A DNA stretch of 64,000 bases from a virus, in the IMG/VR virus record IMGVR_UViG_3300042463_000422, positions 5,966 to 69,965 of that record. The stretch is one strand, 5' to 3'. This document shows positions 8,264 through 16,220 of the stretch, piece after piece. The notes beneath the pieces were generated by a model. The model was not told the DNA's origin, ran no database searches, and was given only the letters and a program-made list of their open reading frames with translations. The translations under genes were made by a program, and so were the position numbers. Position 1 is the first letter of the stretch, and each line of letters opens with the position of its first letter.

Positions 8264-8742
8264 CAGTGTCTTCGGCCGTACTCCCAGATCAGGAGGGAGT
8301 CGGATGTCTTGAGCGTGATCGGAATGCCTGGAAATAGCTCCTGGGCGCGGCCCTTGAGCTTGTTCTTCCACTCTGTCTTCGAGAGCCCCTTGGAGTTTCC
8401 AAGGCCGAGTTCCTTCTGCCACGTTTGCGGAGGGACGCGCTCGATGCGGTAGCCCAGAGCCATGGCGGCACCAAGGACGATACCGAAATTCTCAAACATC
8501 ACTGCAGCCATTGAGCCGGGGATTCCCTTCCCGCCGCCCATTGGAACAAACCGCGGAAGCTGCTCGATGTGAAGAACAGTGTATCCCTTCAGCACCAGAT
8601 CGCTCAAGAGCTTGACCGTATCAGTCGGCTCCTGAGGCATTGGCACTGCGGTCATCGGTCCATCGCCGTTTTTCCATGCAATGCCTCCTGAGGCACCCGG
8701 GTCGATGGCAATGTGCCAGTAGTCACTTGGTGGGTTGATCAT
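8260..8742 (-). CDS. RuvC-like Holliday junction resolvase
   Basis: IAIDPGASGGIA, HIEQ, VPPQTWQK, AQELFP, SDSLLI. Confidence 0.88.
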   Translation of the reverse strand: MINPPSDYWHIAIDPGASGGIAWKNGDGPMTAVPMPQEPTDTVKLLSDLVLKGYTVLHIEQLPRFVPMGGGKGIPGSMAAVMFENFGIVLGAAMALGYRIERVPPQTWQKELGLGNSKGLSKTEWKNKLKGRAQELFPGIPITLKTSDSLLIWEYGRRHC

Positions 8743-8962
8743 CGGAGAATGCTTCGGGTGGATAGCTGATGAGACCTAATTTCACCATGCGCTGCATCAT
8801 GGGCCAGTTTGGACCACGGCGCGGATCGGCGTTGCACTTGGGTGCGTACCAAAGTTTACGGGCGCACTCAACGCAGGTTGGCCTGCCCGACCAGAAGTTC
8901 TTGGTCGGCTGAGTGCGCCCGCATCTGATGCAGGTTTTCGTTAACTCTTCTTTTTGGCCCAT
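8723..8962 (-). CDS. Zn-finger hypothetical protein
   Basis: KTCIRCG...NF...CVEC. Confidence 0.7.
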   Translation of the reverse strand: MGQKEELTKTCIRCGRTQPTKNFWSGRPTCVECARKLWYAPKCNADPRRGPNWPMMQRMVKLGLISYPPEAFSDDQPTK

Positions 8963-9903
8963 TCAGGAATGGATACACGACCGCGCACGCCATTTAGAGG
9001 ACGCTCCCAGACATCAGTCTTGAAGCACTCTGCGAGAGTTTCTAGGTGTCGCTTGTTGATGTCGCGTCCGGCCTCGATCGAGTCCTCATCGAGCTCGAGT
9101 GTAATGCACACGTATGGCGGCAACTTCTCCGCCACAACGAAGACCCACCGACTCTTCTTCACATCAGCGGTGAACGGATCGTCGGTCGCCGTCAGCATGT
9201 TGTACAGATCGATGTACCACGCAGCCTGTTGAGCGTAGCCCCACTTCTTGATGGAGTAGGAGAAGTCGTCAGGATTTGCGTAGCCTCGATCTACGGTCTT
9301 GAGGTCGGCGATCACCTCGGCATTTTTGCTCTTCGGGTCACAGATGATATCGGCCTTGCCCTTGATGCGAATCTTGCGCCCGTTGACCATAATGGTCTTG
9401 AACATGGCAACCTCTTTCATCGCGCCACTCATCAGCTGCATGGCGTCAGGATTCAACTGAACACCACCAGTGATGCCACTGATCTGAGCGGCCTCATCCT
9501 GAGAGAGCATGGTTTTGTGTCCGTGCTCCTTGTTCCAGTCTTCCCACCACTTGATTGCAGCGATCGTTTCGTCGCTTGGCTTCTTGGCGTTGATCTGCGC
9601 CGACGTTGGTTTCCTTGGAGCATCGACTGGCTCAAGAACTATCCGTTTGGCGTATTCTTCCGCCTCAAGAACCGACAGGTGAGTCAGAGTTCCAATGTAC
9701 TGAGCGCCCGTCTGCTCAGCACGGTATCCTCCGAACTTCTTGGAGTAGAAGTGGGCAGGCGAAATGGACATCTCCTTTAGGTCAGAGATGGCGATTGCTG
9801 GGTCGCGCCGGTACACCGTTTCATCTAGCAGATGATGGATTCCATCTGGGACAAGAGTCGGCTCCGGAAACGGAACAACAGCTTCGGTAGATTGAGTTTC
9901 CAT
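8941..9903 (-). CDS. RecE/exonuclease VIII-like PD-(D/E)XK nuclease (DUF3799)
   Basis: SISPAHFY, GTLTH..VLE, KGKADI, IADLKT, YAQQAAWY, FVVAEKLPPY. Confidence 0.9.
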   Translation of the reverse strand: METQSTEAVVPFPEPTLVPDGIHHLLDETVYRRDPAIAISDLKEMSISPAHFYSKKFGGYRAEQTGAQYIGTLTHLSVLEAEEYAKRIVLEPVDAPRKPTSAQINAKKPSDETIAAIKWWEDWNKEHGHKTMLSQDEAAQISGITGGVQLNPDAMQLMSGAMKEVAMFKTIMVNGRKIRIKGKADIICDPKSKNAEVIADLKTVDRGYANPDDFSYSIKKWGYAQQAAWYIDLYNMLTATDDPFTADVKKSRWVFVVAEKLPPYVCITLELDEDSIEAGRDINKRHLETLAECFKTDVWERPLNGVRGRVSIPEWAKKKS

Positions 9904-9923
9904 GGTTCAGTTCAATCAACGTG

Positions 9924-10790
9924 TCAGGCCGTGGCCTTGGCGAGGAATGCGGCCGTGTTTGACAGGATCTTCTCGGCGTTGGTTACAGACAGATCCCGGA
10001 ATGTTTGACCTTCTTTGATCCACCCAAGCGTGACGAGGAACGTGTTGGCCTTGGGTTCATTAGCGCCGATGACAGCGGTCAACTGCGTCTTCCATAACGG
10101 CTCACCACCAGACAGACGCCACGCTTCAAGCTGCGCACCGGTCTCCTCGGTAATCTGGAAGATCTTGTCGACGAAGAGGCCAGAGCGGTCCTTGCTGACA
10201 GCGGCTTGATGATTCAGAGCCACGTCGAACACGGTGGTGAACTCGTATTCGATTCCGTCGCGCATAATCGGGGCGAGGCCGACCTTCTTGATCTGTGTCT
10301 TGCCGCGATCGTCCTTCTCCTGAACGTAGTCCATCTTGGAGCGCATGCAGCAGATGACGTGGGCAGGAGACTGCAGCACGGCCTTGACGATTCCGCCGAA
10401 CTTGTCGCCGGCAATCTTCCAGTTGGTGTAGGAGTTTCCTCCGCGCTGATCGAGCTTGTCTTTGTAGTCGAGGATCCCCTCCCAGAAGTGCGACGCGCTA
10501 TCGATGACGATGGCACCGTACCCAGCTTCGACAGCCGCGTTGACCCCATCGACGAACTTCTCGTTGTCGAACGGAGGAGCAATATCGAGCGTGTCAAAAT
10601 CGAAGCGGTCAGCGTACAGGGACGCAGAACGATTCTCGGTATCGATGAGCGCGATCTTGCCGCTGGGTCCAACAAGACCCCGAGCGAGTCGCAGCGACGA
10701 GTAGGTTTTTCCGGAGCCGGACGGACCAGTGACCGCGAGTTTTAGGAAGACCTTCTCGCGGGTTGCTTTGCGAAACAGTGGTGTAGACAT
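9924..10790 (-). CDS. Sak4-like AAA ssDNA-annealing protein
   Basis: GPSGSGKT, IDTE, VIDSASHFW, MRSK, GIEYEF, KDRSGLF; next to the RecE-like gene. Confidence 0.9.
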   Translation of the reverse strand: MSTPLFRKATREKVFLKLAVTGPSGSGKTYSSLRLARGLVGPSGKIALIDTENRSASLYADRFDFDTLDIAPPFDNEKFVDGVNAAVEAGYGAIVIDSASHFWEGILDYKDKLDQRGGNSYTNWKIAGDKFGGIVKAVLQSPAHVICCMRSKMDYVQEKDDRGKTQIKKVGLAPIMRDGIEYEFTTVFDVALNHQAAVSKDRSGLFVDKIFQITEETGAQLEAWRLSGGEPLWKTQLTAVIGANEPKANTFLVTLGWIKEGQTFRDLSVTNAEKILSNTAAFLAKATA

Positions 10791-10822
10791 GGTTTTGAAT
10801 GACTTGGCTTAATGCCAAGCCG

Positions 10823-10850
10823 AGAGTAGGTGTAAAACACCATGAGTCAA
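10823..10850 (-). promoter_or_regulatory. promoter TTGACT-N16-TACTCT with palindrome copy 5 (GGTGTTTTACACC) in the spacer
   Basis: Palindrome at 10829-10841. Confidence 0.7.
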
Positions 10851-10853
10851 CAC

Positions 10854-11366
10854 CTATCGGGTCTGGAGATACGCGTCGCCAGCGGCAGCGAATCGGCCGA
10901 CCCGATCCCACAGCACATCAAGCGACGAGTCGTTGATGATGGTGTCGTGGATCGCGCCTCCGTCGTAGAGCTCCTGGAGTCGGGTTCTCTCCCAGTCGGT
11001 TGCGGGCTCCACTCCGGGGCGTCGGATTCTCAGGATAATGCCGCCTCGCTTAATCCATTCTTTGGCCTCACGCAGGCGAACCAGCCGGGTGTTCACGGCG
11101 TAGTTTGGAAGAGAGTCGAAGAACTCCTTCATCACCCCGTCGTAGTTTACCTCGCCCCACTGTTCCAAGATCGGGCGGATCTGCTTCTTTTGGGTGTCGT
11201 TCTCAGTGAATGCCGAGAACCCAAGATGCTGCTGCACCAGCGAGTCGATCTGGTGCTTGATGATGTCACCGAACGCAATGCGCTTCCATCCGAGGTTGAT
11301 GAGCCTCGTCGCGGCGGCGTCCTTACCTTCACGGGCGTAACCCGCGAACGCAATCAGGTTAGCCAT
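10854..11366 (-). CDS. deoxynucleoside monophosphate kinase
   Basis: IAFAGYAREGKDAAA P-loop, IAFGDIIK, RPILEQWG, IINDSSL. Confidence 0.85.
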   Translation of the reverse strand: MANLIAFAGYAREGKDAAATRLINLGWKRIAFGDIIKHQIDSLVQQHLGFSAFTENDTQKKQIRPILEQWGEVNYDGVMKEFFDSLPNYAVNTRLVRLREAKEWIKRGGIILRIRRPGVEPATDWERTRLQELYDGGAIHDTIINDSSLDVLWDRVGRFAAAGDAYLQTR

Positions 11367-11373
11367 GTGATGT

Positions 11374-11841
11374 TCAGTTCTGGAACTTCAGGGGAGTCTG
11401 GAAGTCGATGGTGAACACCGACGCATTGGAGGAAACGGTGCCGTCGAAGTTGATGTACGCCAGCAACGAGCTTGTGGCCGGATTGCCAGTGGGGAGATAG
11501 ATGATCGCGCCTTTAGCCGTGATAGTCGAACCGCCAGCGCCAAGACCCCACTGCACGTCGTTGATTTCGACCTGCACAAAATTCCCAACCTGATTGGTGG
11601 TGGTCGTAATGTTTCCGAGAGTCTTGCCACCAGTGTCATATCCGGACCCAGAGGCTTCCACAGCGCCAGCCGCAATTGCATCGCTCAGATATACGTGAGC
11701 CTTGGAGTGCGTGTAGCTCGAGCCCGATCCGAGAAGAAGCACCTTGTAAGGAGGTGTTGACCCGGAGGGAGTGGTGGCGAGAGTCATGGTCCCGGAGATG
11801 ATCTGCTCCAGAGCCTTGTTGTAGATGGTGGTCGTAGCCAT
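11374..11841 (-). CDS. virion/tail-associated-like beta protein
   Basis: IYN...KVLLL..Y...GY.TGGKTL...TITAKGAIIY...LLAYINF pattern recalled from phage minor structural proteins. Confidence 0.6.
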   Translation of the reverse strand: MATTTIYNKALEQIISGTMTLATTPSGSTPPYKVLLLGSGSSYTHSKAHVYLSDAIAAGAVEASGSGYDTGGKTLGNITTTTNQVGNFVQVEINDVQWGLGAGGSTITAKGAIIYLPTGNPATSSLLAYINFDGTVSSNASVFTIDFQTPLKFQN

Positions 11842-11892
11842 AAATCGTTTGGTGCCTACACGGTTTCCGTGTGAGGCGAAAGTCGGAGTCGT

Positions 11893-12297
11893 TTAGTCGC
11901 GGTACTTCGAGGTCTTGCTTGCGATCGATCTTGGTTGGCGGACGAACTGTTTTCCAGCCCTCATGCCAGCACGCTTCTTGGCGCTCGTCGCAGAATACTC
12001 CGAGTCGCTCAACGCCTCTCGAGCTTTTCTTGGCAGGTATCGCTCTCCTGTGGCACCACGGCCGACGACGGAGTTTTTGCCGCTCTTGGTCCCCCAATCT
12101 TCACGGGTCCATTTGGACAGGCTGTTCGACGGAGACTTGGAACCCTTGTATGAGCCGCCGCGATCCTTGTAACGGCTCACTGCAATCTGAGCCTTGCGGG
12201 CGCTCCACTGTCCGGACCTGCCGCCTTTCGACGACGCCTTCACCTCGCGGACAATCCGGTTCCAGAGAGACGGGTTGGACTTGGATGCAACTTTCAC
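11893..12297 (-). CDS. very basic protein, DUF5872-like
   Basis: KGGRSGQWSARKAQ..YKDRGGSY, SLSKWTREDW, TGERYLP, GKQFV. Confidence 0.8.
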   Translation of the reverse strand: MKVASKSNPSLWNRIVREVKASSKGGRSGQWSARKAQIAVSRYKDRGGSYKGSKSPSNSLSKWTREDWGTKSGKNSVVGRGATGERYLPRKAREALSDSEYSATSAKKRAGMRAGKQFVRQPRSIASKTSKYRD

Positions 12298-12611
12298 CAG
12301 AGAATCCTTCTCGCCCAGTAGTTCGCGGAGAACTTGTCGTTCTTGGTCAACTCGCCGCTCTTGTTGCGGATACCCCCTGATCGAGCGAGATAGTTGGCCC
12401 TGCGCTTGGGATTCTTGTGCTTTGTGAAGTCGCTGTATCCACGGTGGCCAAACGGGACGACCTTGACCTTGTTACCCTTTTTGGCGAGCACTCGTTTCTT
12501 GTTGGTGTCTCCAGCAGGGGCGGCCTTGGGCTTGTTGAAGCCGGGGAACCGCTCGCCACGATAGATGACGCCACCGGACGGAAGACGTTTGACACCCTTG
12601 ATTGCTGGCAT
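12294..12611 (-). CDS. very basic protein, DUF5754/Tlr6F-like
   Basis: FG..GYSDFTKHKNPKRRANYLAR...SANYWARRILW. Confidence 0.7.
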   Translation of the reverse strand: MPAIKGVKRLPSGGVIYRGERFPGFNKPKAAPAGDTNKKRVLAKKGNKVKVVPFGHRGYSDFTKHKNPKRRANYLARSGGIRNKSGELTKNDKFSANYWARRILW

Positions 12612-12614
12612 GGT

Positions 12615-13133
12615 TCAGTTCTCCTTGATTTCAACAGTATCGGCCCCGCCGTTGCCGGCGTTAACCATCACGTTGACCTGTGTTGGGCCAACCTGAGCAC
12701 GCGGAGCGAATCCTGGCAATACAACCATGGCCTCAGCTTTGGCGGTCTCAGCCGCCTGCTGGGCCGACTTGATCAGAAGTTCGGCCGCCTTGTTGGATTC
12801 GCTGATCAGTGATGCGTGGACCTTCATTACCCCAATCATCGATTCTGGATGAGGGAACTCACGGTTCTCGATCGCAGACTCACAGAAGTCCATCGCCCTG
12901 TCAGTGCGCGCCAGATTCATGGCGAGGCGCGATCTTCCAAGATGGATTGCGCCAACCTGAGATACGAACTCACCAAAGATTCCAGCGGCCTTCAGCTGCT
13001 TGGCGTCAATGATATTGAACCCCGCCTCGCGCGCGGCCTTCTCGGCAACCGCCATAGAGATCGGAGGCTTGCCGCCCACTGGGCGTGCTGGCTGAGTAGC
13101 GGAATCGTTTTGTTCAGCTGGGATTGGTGTCAT
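12615..13133 (-). CDS. hypothetical helical protein (possible small terminase)
   Basis: 172 aa near TerL; C-terminal TQVNVMVN; function inferred from position only. Confidence 0.6.
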   Translation of the reverse strand: MTPIPAEQNDSATQPARPVGGKPPISMAVAEKAAREAGFNIIDAKQLKAAGIFGEFVSQVGAIHLGRSRLAMNLARTDRAMDFCESAIENREFPHPESMIGVMKVHASLISESNKAAELLIKSAQQAAETAKAEAMVVLPGFAPRAQVGPTQVNVMVNAGNGGADTVEIKEN

Positions 13134-13530
13134 TGATCCAGGTTTTCTTGAGATTCATTTCCACAAGCCAGCACTCCTTGTCCTGTAACTTGGCAGCGAG
13201 GGGTATGTAACACCAGCACCCCACTGTCGTGCGCCCCCCATCCAGTTGTTTGATCGTTTCCCCGTGGTGTCCGCACGTCATCATCCGCTTGTTGTAAATC
13301 GGACATTTTGAACAGGCGCGCAGCCTTTTCCTCCAAGTACCCAGCGGAGTCCTCGATCCCGAGGAAATCATCAACGCTGCTGTCGCTGCCCTCGTCGCAT
13401 TCAAGAACCGGGGCAGTGCCAAGGATAGTGGGAGATGCTTGAACAAACTGCATACCCCGCTGACCACGACGCCAGAGTACTCGGCAAGTCGGTGCAGTTT
13501 CTTTTTGAATGTGAGCAGAGAGGATCTCAT
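13114..13530 (-). CDS. Cys-rich Zn-finger protein nested in another frame of the 409-aa gene
   Basis: RLRACSKCPIY...TCG...GCWC...ECW. Confidence 0.6.
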   Translation of the reverse strand: MRSSLLTFKKKLHRLAEYSGVVVSGVCSLFKHLPLSLALPRFLNATRAATAALMISSGSRTPLGTWRKRLRACSKCPIYNKRMMTCGHHGETIKQLDGGRTTVGCWCYIPLAAKLQDKECWLVEMNLKKTWINDTNPS

Positions 13531-14359
13531 AAACTGTCTCTTCAATCTGTGAAACACGGTTCGCCCAGCGTTTGACGTATGGTATTGGGCCAAGTTTGGC
13601 AGCCGCCTTCCCTTCTACATCGTCGCATGTCTTTTCCCAGTCTGAGTCGTGCAACACTTCAACAGTCCAGGAGAAAAGGGGGTTTCCACGACGTATGTGA
13701 CACTCAGTTAATTCAGACAATCTCACGATCCTCGATGCGGCCGTGAATGCCATAGACAGCAACCGTTTGGGTTCTCGGACCATGAGAGCCTTACGGAGCG
13801 TAGGATAACGTGCGAGCACGATCTCCTTCCAGTTGCGCCGGTAAGGAACCGCAGCCAACCGGATTGACCCAAGATTCAGCGTGTTGCCAGCAAGCAGCCA
13901 TCCCGGAACCGATTGAACAATTGCTAAATATGAGACGATTAGTAGTTCCTTACTAACACCAGAAGTTGACGCAACGTGATCAATAAACAGGTCGGATGAA
14001 TGGGTCTTCTTCGGCTGCTTCGGTTGCTTGACCTGCTCAGGTTCAAGCGTCGGCCGCTTTGCCTGGCACCCGTCCCAGATGTAGTAAAATTCTGGCGTGA
14101 TGCCCCCAGCTTTGGAGGCAACATGAGTGAACGAGCTAACCTCGAGGAGCCAGCCAGACTTCAGAGCGGTCGCGCCCCTGTGCGTCAGAACCCGCTCCAG
14201 TTCACCAGACTGAGCAAAACCAAGCGGCACTGCCGGGATGACGTGGACGTAACCAGCATCGTCCATAACGCAGTGATGGCACTTGACGGGTATGGACCAG
14301 CCAGAGTCGCCGACCACCCACAGTTCAATGTCTCGATCGTTGCAGTAGGTGAGCTTCAT
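13130..14359 (-). CDS. 409-aa protein with a central HU/IHF-like segment
   Basis: FIDHVASTSGVSKELL...WLLAGNTLNLGSIRL resembles the HU helix-helix-beta arm; ATGA-coupled at both ends. Confidence 0.65.
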   Translation of the reverse strand: MKLTYCNDRDIELWVVGDSGWSIPVKCHHCVMDDAGYVHVIPAVPLGFAQSGELERVLTHRGATALKSGWLLEVSSFTHVASKAGGITPEFYYIWDGCQAKRPTLEPEQVKQPKQPKKTHSSDLFIDHVASTSGVSKELLIVSYLAIVQSVPGWLLAGNTLNLGSIRLAAVPYRRNWKEIVLARYPTLRKALMVREPKRLLSMAFTAASRIVRLSELTECHIRRGNPLFSWTVEVLHDSDWEKTCDDVEGKAAAKLGPIPYVKRWANRVSQIEETVYEILSAHIQKETAPTCRVLWRRGQRGMQFVQASPTILGTAPVLECDEGSDSSVDDFLGIEDSAGYLEEKAARLFKMSDLQQADDDVRTPRGNDQTTGWGAHDSGVLVLHTPRCQVTGQGVLACGNESQENLDQ

Positions 14360-15831
14360 TGGGTGAAAACAACTGTCGGCTTCTTGGACACTGTAATGGC
14401 CCGTCGTTCTACATCCATGGGCGTCTCGCTGATGAGCATGTAGGTGAGAGCATCGAAGATGTGCTTGTTCTTGTCTCCATCGCGAATTGGCTCAGCCCGG
14501 TTTGGACCTGGCTTCATTTCTCGAACCATCTTGATCGTGTTGTGAAGCTGGGCCGATATGAATACGCGCCTATCGAAGAGCAGCTTCTTCAGAAGTCCGA
14601 TGCGCTGTTTCACGCTGCCAGAGCCTTTCGTAACGGCGTGCAGGACAATCTTGCCTTGTGACACCTGTCGAACCACAAGCTCGTCGTACACGTCGGAAGC
14701 GGCTCGATATCTCCACGCAGAGTTGTCGGACCAATGACGCCACAGGACATTGGTTGTTCCGTGGGTGTCCTTGAGGTAGTCCTCCCACCACTGCATCTTC
14801 TCCATGACCAACTCGGTGAAGTCAGCGATCGACACCTTGCGGTCGATAACAACCGCCTCGTCCAAAACATCGAAGATCGAGTTTCCGTCGTCTCCAGTAC
14901 GCTTGCAGCAGATTGAGCATGCGTGATTTACGTCACCCAAGTCCCAACCGGTAAAGAGCTCAAAGCAGTTCTTGGGAGGCACAATGATCTCGTGATCGTC
15001 CTCGGTGGCGCTGGTCACATTCCCAACGATGTGGGTGCCCGGAACAAAGACATCCGCAAAGTGGCCATCGCTGACATCCTCAACCCATTCACCCATGACA
15101 TAGCGAGCGTACAGCTGCTTGTCGTACATGTACTTGTTGATGAGGTCTTGCTTCTCCCGCGGATCTAGGAACGTGTTGTCGTTGAGGCTGAATTGGATGC
15201 GCTGGAACTGTGACTCAAACTGCTCGTTGTCGCTCGGTTTGCGTGTGAGCCAGATTCCGGCCAACCAGTGGTTCACTCCGTTCTCAGGCGGATTGAGGTC
15301 AGCGATGATCTGGTGGTTCTCGTATGGAATCTCAACGACACGCAGCTGGTCGGTCAGAACGTCGAACACGATTCGGTCCTCGAACTGGTCAGCTTCCGAT
15401 AGCCACAGCAGCGAGAATCGCGTCCCCTTGAACTTGGCTGATGCCTCCCAGACGTTCTCCAGTGAATGCAACTGAACCTCAGACTCGCCACCGTAAGCGT
15501 TGCGGACGCGGGCGTAAGACATCTTGGTCGCTACGTCCATCGTGGGCTCCTTGGTCCACTTCATGCCGATCTTGGCATCCATCCATTGAGGCAAGATGGT
15601 CTTCGTGAGGTCTGACCATACGCCGACCTTCCCGTTTTTCAGGGTCTTAGCAATGATGCCAACGGTGGCGTTGTTGTTCTCGAAAAGGTGGCGTGCAACA
15701 CGATGTGCAATCGCAAGCGATTTACCCGCTTTACGAGGGCCGTCCACCATGAGGTATCTGGCATACGAGTTGAATACCTCGAACCCTCGTGGTGAAAGAT
15801 CGGGCAACCACCGCCCTTGAGTGTCTTGCAT
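14356..15831 (-). CDS. terL: terminase large subunit
   Basis: Walker A GPRKAGKS, variant Walker B LLWLSEAD, DLNP, DNTFL, ARYVMGEW, nuclease GWDLG and KHIFDALTY. Confidence 0.92.
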   Translation of the reverse strand: MQDTQGRWLPDLSPRGFEVFNSYARYLMVDGPRKAGKSLAIAHRVARHLFENNNATVGIIAKTLKNGKVGVWSDLTKTILPQWMDAKIGMKWTKEPTMDVATKMSYARVRNAYGGESEVQLHSLENVWEASAKFKGTRFSLLWLSEADQFEDRIVFDVLTDQLRVVEIPYENHQIIADLNPPENGVNHWLAGIWLTRKPSDNEQFESQFQRIQFSLNDNTFLDPREKQDLINKYMYDKQLYARYVMGEWVEDVSDGHFADVFVPGTHIVGNVTSATEDDHEIIVPPKNCFELFTGWDLGDVNHACSICCKRTGDDGNSIFDVLDEAVVIDRKVSIADFTELVMEKMQWWEDYLKDTHGTTNVLWRHWSDNSAWRYRAASDVYDELVVRQVSQGKIVLHAVTKGSGSVKQRIGLLKKLLFDRRVFISAQLHNTIKMVREMKPGPNRAEPIRDGDKNKHIFDALTYMLISETPMDVERRAITVSKKPTVVFTQ

Positions 15832-15900
15832 AAGGTCGGTGCGACTTTCAGTTGTAAAAGAGCAGGATCACGGGAAATCCTCCATCGAAAGTCGCCATCT

Positions 15901-16209
15901 ATGGAATCGATCACACTCAAGCGGGACGGCCTCGACGAATCGATCAACTCGCTCGAAGAGGGGGAAGCCATGGAGATCCACGGTACTTTTACCGTCATCT
16001 CAAAGTCCGACACTGAGATCGTTGGCGAACTCACCGACGTGAAGAAGTGCGGGCACATGGGCGAGGATGAATACGAGCTCGACGACGAGGAAGGAGAAGA
16101 CGAGGGTGGTGAGTACGAGGGCGAGTCGAAAGGCAAACCCATGATGCACGGCAAGAAGGGCAAGGGCATGGGCATCCTCATTATGATCGGTGGCCCTAAG
16201 AAGAAGTAA
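15901..16209 (+). CDS. small acidic protein, first gene of the head operon
   Basis: ATG 15901; acidic tract then basic tail. Confidence 0.7.
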   Translation: MESITLKRDGLDESINSLEEGEAMEIHGTFTVISKSDTEIVGELTDVKKCGHMGEDEYELDDEEGEDEGGEYEGESKGKPMMHGKKGKGMGILIMIGGPKKK

Positions 16210-16220
16210 CCTCCTGACAC

